From Geosiphon pyriformis uo1 (taxonomy: Eukaryota; Fungi; Glomeromycota), in the NCBI GenBank assembly GCA_016748015.1, contig JAAOMT010000675.1:248001-312000 (forward strand): a DNA stretch of 64,000 bases, in the 5' to 3' direction. The position numbers were made by a program, and so were the translations under genes. Within the stretch, counting starts at the first letter, position 1; each line of letters opens with the position of its first letter. Shown here one piece after another: positions 53,801 through 64,000 of this stretch. The notes under the pieces were generated by a model. It made no database searches. It saw only the letters and a program-made list of their open reading frames with translations, and was not told the origin of the DNA.

Positions 53801-56800
53801 ACTTAAGATCATACAACTCAAAATAAAAAATAACTTTATTGGGAAAATTTTTAAGTAAATTGGCATTAAGCTTTAGTTTTTTTTTAATATTTTGTTTTAT
53901 TTTTCACACATATTTACTGAAGCATGACTAAACTGTAATTTGTAACCAACTATAAGTTGTAGAACAGCAGACATTAAATACAGAAATTGCTTATTAGATA
54001 CAGCTTTCTTTAAAACCAGATTTGTAAAAAACTTAACATCTGACTAAATCTTGCCAAGACTTGATTTAAAAAAACTATTAGTAGATAAAAAAATGCCCAA
54101 GTATCTATAAAATTCATCTTTCTTTACTATAAAAATGTTTAAACTACTTATTAACAAATAAAAAACTTCTACTTTTTAATTAATAAGTATAGTGACTGTT
54201 TTATTCATATTAATAAAAATATTATTGATTTGAAAAAATTCATTAGCTATGTCTAATATAGCTGAATAATGAACATACTATTCTCAATCCAAATTGTGTT
54301 ATCCACAAAAGTATTTGCTATTAGAAAAAATATTTTGCTACCTTTAAGATCTTGTTTATCAGTCCATATAAAAAATTTTAAATCTAACTAATAATTATAC
54401 AAATTATTATGTCTTTTAATTTTATAAAGTAAAAAATCATAAAAGATTCTTTACAGCAATGGCAAAAAAACCTTACTTAATCCAGCCTATCATAAACAAT
54501 ATACTTTTTGGTAAGTCTAAAATTTGTTATAATTTAGTTAGTCTAATTATTATTTATATTCTTAAAAAACTTAATAAAATAAAAACATATCTTAATCTTA
54601 GTTAAACTGTTTTTTAAGTGGTTTTATTTAACAAAATCATATGCTTTATCTATATCTTAGAGTTACAGTTTTTTGTTCTTTTCCAATACATTCTTAATAA
54701 CAGAACTAACAACAAAAATAGGAATTTGAATAGACATGTCTTTTAAAACTGAAAAATTATTACTACTCAAGACTTCAAAGTTACTACAAACCAAAGAAAT
54801 CTTATTTAAAAAGATTTTAGATAGAATTTTTTGGGCTGTTTTAATTAAAACTATTGGCCTGGTATTCATAAAAGTTTTTTTTCAATTGTATGACTTTAGT
54901 ATTATAGAAACCCAGATCTTTTTTTACTGTATAAAAATTATATTTAACACCAAATATACATTGAAAATATCTAACAAATCATTCAGAACTTGCTCATTAT
55001 TATGTTTCCAGAGCTTATTAAAAATATCAAAAAAACCAGTAGTTTTTTTATTAGATAGATTTTTAACAACTTGCAAGAACTTATCAAACTTAATATTACA
55101 CATAATTTTTGAAAAGACATTATCATTAATATGCTTTAAAAGTACATATTAATTGGAACATTGATTAGACAAAACATTAAGTATTATGTGCTTTTTTATT
55201 TATTTTTCCATAATTGCATTAATTATAAATTTGATTTTACACAGCTTTAGAATTAATTTATTATTAATTACCAAGTAGTCAAGTACTACCTTTTAAAATA
55301 GCTGATTCAATATATTCTTAATTATTTTTTTCTTATCAAAACAAAAATTTTTCATACATCTGTCTATAGTTTTTTTGATAAGCTTATTTCTAGTAATCTT
55401 AAATTTATAATACTTGAATTTATAATACTTGAATTTATAATACTTTTTTTTGATTCTTAACAGATAATATAAAATTTTCTTCAAACTTTTGTTATTATTA
55501 ATCATAATGCCCACTCCAAAAGTTTTTTTCTTGTTAATGATAAGCCAAATATTAATAAAACAATCAGTTTTTGAATCTTAATTTAGTTTTAAGCTCTTCA
55601 CAATTTTGGCCACCAATAACTCCAACTTAAAAAACTTTAATAATTGCTTATTTTTTGAATATTTAAATTTATTGAACCAAAATCTAGAAAACACCTTATC
55701 AGCAGAATTTATTACTATTTTCTTTATGATTTTTCATATAGTATTTAAATTGCCACAACATTTTGTACTATTGAAATCAGCCAATTTTTTTAAGAATTTG
55801 TTCAATGAGCACTCTTTGAATTGTAACTACTTACTGATTTCAGCATCTTTAATTTTGAACTTTCATTTATTTTTATTAGTTTATTTATATTTATTATTAA
55901 GATAAACATTTAGGAAACTATTCAAACCAATTATGACTGAAACTGTTTTGTAATTAGTATTAAAATACTCAAACATATTGTTAATCTTATGGCCAATAAT
56001 CACAAATTTTAGGTTTTAGTTAACAAAAATAAAATTAATAACCTTTTTAACACTCCTAGAATTGTTTTAAGTAGAAATCTTGGCTAATAAATATTTATTA
56101 AATAAATTAATTAAGCCTAAATTCACACAAAACTTAAAACACACACTTTTTTTTGAACTGTTTTTATTGAAATCTCTACCCAATATCACAAAAGTGGTAA
56201 AATTAATAGTTTTAACAATAAAAAAATTAATTTTTAATGCTTAACCAAATCTAATTTTAACAAAAGCATTTGCATACAAGTTCAAAATTATAACTGATAA
56301 TTTACTCTTAAATAAAAACTATACTAAAATAATTTAACCAAAAATTTTATTTATCTTTAAAACATAAAAAGCCAAAAAATTGTTCATGATAATTGTCACA
56401 CCAGCACCAAAAAAGCTTTTATCTAAATTAAATATAAAAATTCTTATTTTATTAAACTTACTTACTATTCATAACATAATATTAAATCTTAAATTTGTTT
56501 CTGTAATAATAGAAATTATATTACTTAATTCAATATACTAATAAACTATATTTTCTTGTTTAGCAAAAATGTTGATATTATAAACATTATATGTAACAAA
56601 TCTCCAGATCAAATTAGTTAATGAAATAAGACAACCACAGATAGATTTAAGCCAGCACATAATTAATCTAATTTTATCAATATTAAACTAATTAAAACTT
56701 CAAAAACCACTATTTTTAATTCCAAGCTGCTCACTTTAGTGTTTAAAATTTTCAAGCTACTCAAACTTAAATTCAAAATTTTTTTATTCACAACTAAAAA

Positions 56801-58512
56801 AAGAAGAACAAATAATATAATTAAGTTATCCAAAATTATATCTAAATTCAGATTCGAATTTAATAATATAAACACAGTAAGAAAGAAAAATTAAGAGGTA
56901 AACACCAAGAGTATAAGATCTATAAAGCTTAACTTATGCACAATATTAGACACTTAGTTAGCCAAAAACTCCAAAAAATATTCTAAAGAGACCAAACAAG
57001 CATTTAAAGAAAAGTTATCTGATAAAATAGAAGGAGATTTCTTATTAAAACCTAAAACACCAAGAAAAAAAGAGCCAAAACCAAAACCAAAAAACAACTT
57101 GTTAAAAACAAAAGCTGTTAAGACTATTTAAATCCAGAACTTGTCATCAAAAATAGTAAAATAAAAGATAGAAACATTTTTTTTGGCATACAACTTGGCC
57201 AGCAAAAGACAATATTTATCTAAAGCAAACTTTTTAAATATTCTTAAAGAAGAAAAGATAGAAAAACCAAAAGCATTACACTTTAAAACAAAATGACCAA
57301 AACAGTTATATTTCTTATATTAAACTAAATTCATTTTAATCCAAGAGTATTTTACATTACCAAAAATTGGCTTTATGTAAAAAACAGATTTTAGCTTTTT
57401 TTCTGATTCAAAACCAACCACAGTATAGCAAACTCTATTGTCAGTTTCAAATAATTAATTTATAATACAAGTTTTTTCATCAGTTCCTTTTAATAAAGCA
57501 CTAAGATTATGAATAGTTGTTCTCATAGACAAAGTAAACAAAAGTGTTCTAAACTAATTTTTTAATATTCAGACTTTATGATCTTCCACAGCCTTTGTCA
57601 CAGGAATTAAATTTTTCTTAATAAGAAATAATTACTTTATCACTAATTGATTAGCTTAACTTAATTTAGTGAATTCTACTATAGTCTTTTATTATAGTTT
57701 AATTAGTTGTAATTAAATTAATACCACTTAATCAAATTCAGAGAGAACTGTAACAATTATTTTTTTTAGTGTATCTATAAGAATTTTTTTAATAACTATG
57801 GCCTAATTTAAATGAAATTTTTGTCTTTTGACATTGTTGTTTATAATAATTTTTTTATTTTTAGCTAATAACATGGCTTTTTTCATACTTTTTTCAAATA
57901 TAAATATTAATTAAATAATTTCTTCAAATTTTGAAAGAATAGTAACCTCTTCAAAACCATTGACTAATGAAAAATTTTTTCTAATAAACTGAATTTTTGC
58001 TGTTATTGATTTTTTTTTACAATTAAAAAATTAATATTCAATGTAAAAAATTTCTTAACAAGTATTTTCACTTAAGTTTTGGTAATTTTAAAATTGATTT
58101 ATCTTCTGTTCAATAAAATACTAAGAGAAAGTAGAAAAAATCCAATTTTTTTATATATATTAAAATCCAAAAAAAGAGCCAAAAACCACAGCAAGAGCTA
58201 CTTTTCTAATCTTAGGAATGATGACAATTAAACCAAGAAGAAAACCACTACTAATACCAGTTACAGAATTACTATATTTACTATTACTAAAATTATTATT
58301 CATATCTAAAAACATACTATTACCAAAATTAAACTTGACCAAAAAAATAAGTGCTTTCTTTTTAGATATATTATTACTTGAAGCAGTTTTCAAATTTATA
58401 ACAAAAAGATTATTGAGTTAAAAAATATTAACAGAAACAACAAAAAAAAACAAAAAACTTTTTTATTAAAATTATGCTTTTTGGAGAATTTGGAACATAA
58501 GAAAGAAAGAAA
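50815..58512 (-). mobile_element. Decayed full-length LINE (third copy)
   Basis: ORF remnants RPIVLIKTAQKILSKI (54663-54869) and LTELQAITLTL (RNase H, 52951-53358), then APE and ORF1 in order. The 5' UTR end ~58500 matches 34230-34254. Confidence 0.85.
51847..52800. mobile_element. LTR-like insertion (~0.95 kb) interrupting the LINE just downstream of the RNase H core
   Basis: LINE collinearity breaks at ~51845 and resumes at ~52830. Size and composition are like the solo LTRs; termini and TSD are not resolved. Confidence 0.45.
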
Positions 58513-58519
58513 TTTTTTT

Positions 58520-58998
58520 ATTAATTAATAATTTAATTATATTATAATTTAAAAAGTTGAATTAATAATATAAAAATTAAGCTATTTTTTTAAAAAACAT
58601 TGCCAGTTTTATAATACTTAAAAATTATTATTATTAATTATTAAAAATTTTTTAAGTTAATAGTTTCTACTTTAAAATTTTGGTTTTGTTAAAATTAAAA
58701 TAACTTGTATTAAAACTGTATTTTAATTATTATATTAAAAATAATATTAGATTTTTTTAAATATTATTATTAAGGCAGAATTTTTTTTATTACTTTTAAA
58801 ATTACAAAATCTGTTAGTGTTTAATAAAGTTTTTGGTGTTAAAGTCTACTGGGTTGTGACAATATATCATTATTTTATTAGTACTAATATGAATTATATG
58901 ATTCCTAATTTAGCTTAAACGGCTAGTTTTATAGATATTAAGTATTAGGTAGTAGTTGGGTCACACTCGGTTAAAGCAATAATAATAATAATAATAAT
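58520..58998 (+). mobile_element. Fragment of the ORF1-only element with a LINE-type 3' end and (TAA)n tail
   Basis: 58670-58760 resembles 24010-24110. 58900-58977 resembles the LINE 3' terminus and is followed by (AAT)7. Confidence 0.45.
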
Positions 58999-59047
58999 TT
59001 TTTTAACGATCCTTACACTCACCAAGCCTCGGTTTCTGTCAGCAATA

Positions 59048-60419
59048 ATGACGAACTGTGAAAGAGCGCTTTTCTCGGGCGAATGTTTCGGTAAGTCAAA
59101 AATTCGCAGTCGTTTTATGGTTTTCGCGGGAAATGGCAGTTATCTTACCTTTACTTTCGCGTTGGCAGAATTCTCAGATTATTTCGCAAAGAAGTCGACT
59201 TTCTGTTGTAGATGGATGAGAAAGGAGACAGATAGGCAAGATGGCAAATGTTTCCATGAATCGCTAGATGCCGTCATTTATCGCTCTAGGAACTTTTTAG
59301 CGGAAGCAAGCGACAACAGCTTGGACGATATGCAATCTTACGCTAAGACTACGATGAACGTAGGGATTTCTATTAATAAACACAAGGGGAGTGTATTTTT
59401 CTGCGAGTCCAGTGGCATGAAAGCTGCAACCGACCAGGCCCGTTATGGAGTTCGGGCTTCAGAACATCTTTTTAGCCATAGGCTCGAGAGGCACGGCTGA
59501 CTCCGTTATGGATAGTCGTCTTGGCACAGAACTGCTCGCACATTTGGTAGGGGTCGCTATGGAACTAAACTTCTCCTAGAAAAAGTTCCAAAGGACATTC
59601 GCGAATGGTGGATGCTTGCTAAAACCCGGAGCGTACATCAATATCTGAAAGAACATGAGGCATTTACCATGGCAAAAGACTCCTTGCCCTAAGTCAGTTA
59701 ACATGTGATATGTAGTTGAGCAGCCAGAGGAGATTGTGGACGAATTCTCTTATAATGAAATAGCTTCTAAACAGGTTGAATGACTGCAGCTCGTAACGAA
59801 ATAACGCGGAAGAGATTTTGGGAAGTAGACGGTATCCCAACTCCGAAGCGACGAGCCATAGGCCAAAAAACCTCAAAACTGGGAGCATCGGTTCCTCCCT
59901 CGTCATGAAACGACGAGAGCACATCATCAGATACAGAATACTGCCCACAAACCGTGTCAAATCCCATCCGAGGTTGGCTGCATTTTACATTTCTCGGCGT
60001 CATTAAATATTGGCAATGGTAATTAATAGGACGAATTTTAGGAAGAAGAGTCTGAAGGCTTGGAATCGGATCTGAATTTATCCCAAGGTATGGTTGTTTT
60101 GATTCATTATTTACATCAGATTTGGTATTTTCAGCTCACCATGTATTTGTATGTCTTTAGTATCGAAAATGAAGATTTTAAGGACTAATGAAGAAATCGA
60201 GAATCGCAAGGTATCATCATTGCAATTGGAGTTCTTCAAAAAGTCCTATCAGAAAATGAAACAATGCCAGAAGTGGGTTTTGGCAAGTGGCATATGTGTT
60301 GAGGACATCCTGTTAAAACATTGCATCTAATCGCGGGAGTCGCCGCTACATTCATGGGTGATTGACCTAAATGATTATGAAGTGGTGAGTTTATTCAAGT
60401 GCGAGTTGCGGAGGTCAAG
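59048..60419 (+). pseudogene. CpG-rich spliced pseudogene of a Mucoromycota multicopy family (KW.L.SG..VED.L...HSW(V/I)ID motif), 3'-truncated at a junction with Gypsy RT
   Basis: 60262-60400 reads KQCQKWVLASGICVEDILLKHCI*SRESPLHSWVIDLNDYEVVSLF. Upstream segments are DYFAKKS and KVPKDIREWW. An intron GTATGG...TTTAG lies at ~60088-60160. Many indels. Confidence 0.55.
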
Positions 60420-63400
60420 GATTGCCCTAAAACAGTATTTACCACCCAGAAAGGGAACTACAAGTTTAATGTAATGCCTTTTGGACTTTGCAATGCATCA
60501 GCAACATTCCAACAACTCATAAATGTTGTTTATGAAGGACTTTTATGGCAGTTAGTAGTTATCTACCTCGACAATACTGATGTCTACTTTTTAATGTTTA
60601 AAGCTTATTTGGTCTACTTATAAGAAATATTTCAATGATTACGAAAAGCAGGATTAAAATTAAATATTGCAAAATGTTATTTTGAAAAAACAAGTTTGGT
60701 TTTTCTTGGCCATATTATTAGCAAAGATGGAGTTAAGCCAAATCAGGAAAAATCAGTGCTGTACAAAACTTCAAAGTTCTTCAAAACATTACTGAATTGA
60801 AAGGATTTACTGAATTAGTCTCATATTATAGAAAGTTTATCAAAAAATTTTCTGAAATTGCCAAACTCTTCAACTACTTAACCAACAAAGATATAAAATA
60901 TCAATAAACTCTAACTCAACAAAAAGTCTTTGATACTTTAAAAAAATTGACAACAGCTCTAATTTTCACTTATTCTGACTTTAACAAATAATTTCAGTTA
61001 ACTATTGATGTTTTATATACAACATTTGATACTATTTTATCATAATTAGATAACAATAGCAATAAACAAGTTATTGTTTATGCCAACAGAATATTTAAAT
61101 TCACAAAACTCAAATATGGCTCTACTAAATTAAAAACAATAGCTGTTATCTAAATTCTCAAATACTTTCAACAGTACCTACAAGAAAAAAAAGAATTTAA
61201 TATTATTACTAACAATATTGGTCTCAAATAACTTAACAAAAAGAACTTAGAACTTAATATTAAACAATATCAATAAACTGACTTTTTAGCCAATTATAAA
61301 TATATTGTTTATTACAAATCAGAAAAATTATATACTAATATAGATAGTTTTTTAAGAATAAAACAAAATTAAAAATAACATCACAATTCATTAACTTAAC
61401 AATAATAATTAATAACCAATAGATTTTAAAAATTACAACAACATTAAAAACTATCTGAAGACTCTGATCATATTAAAAAATTGGTTTTCAGTCAAAAAAC
61501 ACCAATTATAATATTAAGCAAAACAATATTTTTTATATTACAACAAAATTTACTATTAAAATTGCCAAAACTTAAACAACTTACTCAGATTAGTACAACA
61601 AACTAAAAAAAACAATTTTATATAATATATATACAAATTTATTATTAGTACATTTAGGAAGAGATAATATAATTCAAAAAACACTTGAATATTATTTTTG
61701 GCCACATATGTAAAGAGATATTTAATAATATATAGAATCTTATAATAGTTGTTAAAAAAGAGAAAAACTTGTTTTACAAAATCTTTAAATTCAATCAAAG
61801 TTGGATAACTATTTAACAAAATAGAAATTAATTTAGTTGAATTATTATCTATTATAATTCAAAAAAACTGTTATATTGTAATTATAATGGATTATCTTAC
61901 CAAATAGCTTGAAGTTAGAGCTATTCAATAAGCAGATGCAAAATTAATAGCAAATTTTATTTATAAAAACATTATTTATAAACATAGATGTTTAATTAAA
62001 CTTTTATGTAACTAAAAAACACATTTTGTAAATAACTTGATATAAGAAATTTACAAATGGTTTTATATTAAACAATTCTTATTATTACTTTACTATTTCT
62101 AAACAAATAAATTAATAGAATAATTTAACTGAACATTATGTGAATTATTAACCAAAGTCTTAACTGATTTTGAGCAAAAATAAAGTATATTTATTCTATT
62201 AAAACAAAATACAACAAAGCACATATTATTTGATTTAACTTGTGAAAAAACAGCAATATTTTCAATTAATCTTATCATAGAAACATACTCAATACAACCA
62301 ATCACAAAAGAAAACTTTTAAGAAACACTTTAAAAAAGAGCTTATACTTTTTTTAGTATATTAAAAAAAAACCAATAAATTGTAATTACTTATATTAAAT
62401 ATTTTTAAGCTTAATAAAAAAATAACATGATAACAAATTGCCATCTGTTATTAATAAATTTAAAATTAGAAATAAAGTTTTCTTACATAAAACTAAGATT
62501 AAAAAACAATAAAATAGAAAATTTAATTATAAATAGAATAGACTATTATATATTTACAAAATTATAGACAATAGATTATACAAATTAAGACTTAATAATA
62601 AAATCTTAACAAAAATTGCACATGAAAATTAATTGAAACACCATTATTTCAAAACCAATCTTAAACCATTAATTTTACAAATTAGTACATATTTCTCTTT
62701 AATTAATCTTAAAGATATTCTCTAAAATTTAATACTAATAATTATAATAAAACAATAACTAAACCAAAACATTTAAATTATTTATTATATTAGTATTTTT
62801 TTTAAAAATAATACAAAAACATTAAACAAAATAGAAAAATAATTGCCAGAAAATACCCAATTTAAAAATATATAAAACTTTTATACTAAAAATAATTTTT
62901 TTTTTACAAATATAAAAATTTTTTTATAACTTATAAATATTTTAAAAATTAATAATAGCTTTAAAAACACTTTTTAACTTATCTATGATAATTAATAGAA
63001 GTTAAATTAATTATATTTAGAAAAAAACTACGAATTCAATAGTAAATAACTTATAAAATTATTATTTTTATAGAAAAAACACGAAAATTTTTTTGGAATT
63101 TATTTATCTGAACTTTTGAAGCAAGCTCTAAAAGAAAACTTATTATTTATTTTTATAAACATTTTTTCAAATGCTATAATACAACAAAAATTTCAATTGT
63201 ATCTTAATAAAAGCAGTAAATATATCCTTATTTATTAATATTTTCAAATTAGAAAAACACTGTACCAATAGAAACTAAAACTTAAAGCAACCAATTTTAC
63301 TTTCAAAGTCATATAAAAACAAATACACTATGAATTTAAGACAACAACTGGACCAACAAATATGTAATATAAACTTAGAACAGCTTTTAGATTCTACAAC

Positions 63401-64000
63401 TTACTCAATATTTATAAAAATATCTAACAAAATTTAATACTTTAACCAATAAAGATTTAATATATTAACAAGTTCACAGAACTGAAATTTCAATAATTTT
63501 CAGACCAAATTATTTCAATAATACTGAATTATTATCTAGATATTATAAATAGTACTTAGACTTTAATAGAGTTTAGTCTTAAAAAAAATTATGTTATTAG
63601 TAGAATTTAGTTAATAATTAACATAAAATTACTCTTATAAAATTTTATTCTTAATTAGCATATATTATTATCAGTTTAATTATTACTTATTATTTAATCA
63701 AATTATTAAATATTACTATCTAATTAACAACTTAATTTATACAAATACAAATATAATAATTAGATTATGTAATATACCAAACTTTATAACATTCAAAAAT
63801 TTACTAAAATTTGTAAAATTTTGTAAAATAATTTAATAGTTTACCAAAATAATTTGTAGTTTGTAGAAACAACTTGTAATTTACTAAAATGTATTTTTTA
63901 TTTATTAAAATAATAGCAAAAAAAAAATGTAAGTTCAAAGATTAAAACTATAACAAATTATATAAAAGAAGAACTTTTTTTTTTGAAAAAATATATCTTA
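60420..64000 (+). mobile_element. 3' half of a decayed Ty3/Gypsy element: RT, RNase H, integrase, extra ORF, PPT and 3' LTR
   Basis: DCPKTVFTTQKGNYKFNVMPFGLCNASATFQ...VIYLDNT...FLGHIISKDG...LVSYYRKFIKKFS, then RNase H and integrase remnants (MDYLTK*LEVRAI). A-drifted PPT at 63581-63590. Confidence 0.88.
63592..64000 (+). mobile_element. 3' LTR, running off the window end
   Basis: Starts TGTTA after the purine tract and matches the reverse complement of solo LTR 24825-25752. Confidence 0.8.

Noticed and set aside
36840-62305. Many 60-135 aa F/L/I/K/N-rich ORFs in AT-rich blocks
   Set aside because: They are chance or residual frames of transition-decayed retroelements, not genes.

Overview
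This is a fungal nuclear window. Short GT-AG introns with CTAA-type branch points, a six-exon nudE gene and the repeat families suggest Glomeromycotina/Mucoromycota; the LINE and Gypsy families resemble those I associate with Geosiphon pyriformis (inference). Most of the window is nested retrotransposon debris driven to extreme AT content by C>T/G>A transitions. It includes one young full-length LINE (APE-RT-RNase H-CCHC, 27.5-34.25 kb), older decayed LINEs, ORF1-only LINE derivatives with LINE 3' tails, solo LTRs with 4-bp TSDs, and two Ty3/Gypsy halves, one with a ghost dUTPase and one with an extra 3' ORF. Only two intact host genes are evident: nudE (16541-15047) and a membrane-anchored coiled-coil, SHE10/OSW7-like gene (49007-46621). 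The most unusual segment is a CpG-retaining island at about 4-10 kb. It holds about 2 kb of intronless coding DNA that reads only in genetic code 4 (16 in-frame TGA vs 2 TGG by my hand translation) and encodes Zn-binding motifs, tandem HIT-like domains, a coiled coil and a TM tail. This is the signature of Mollicutes-related endobacterial (MRE) DNA. It abuts a Sola-like DDD transposase that also has TGA at two likely Trp positions. All translations and alignments were done by eye, and no database searches were run.
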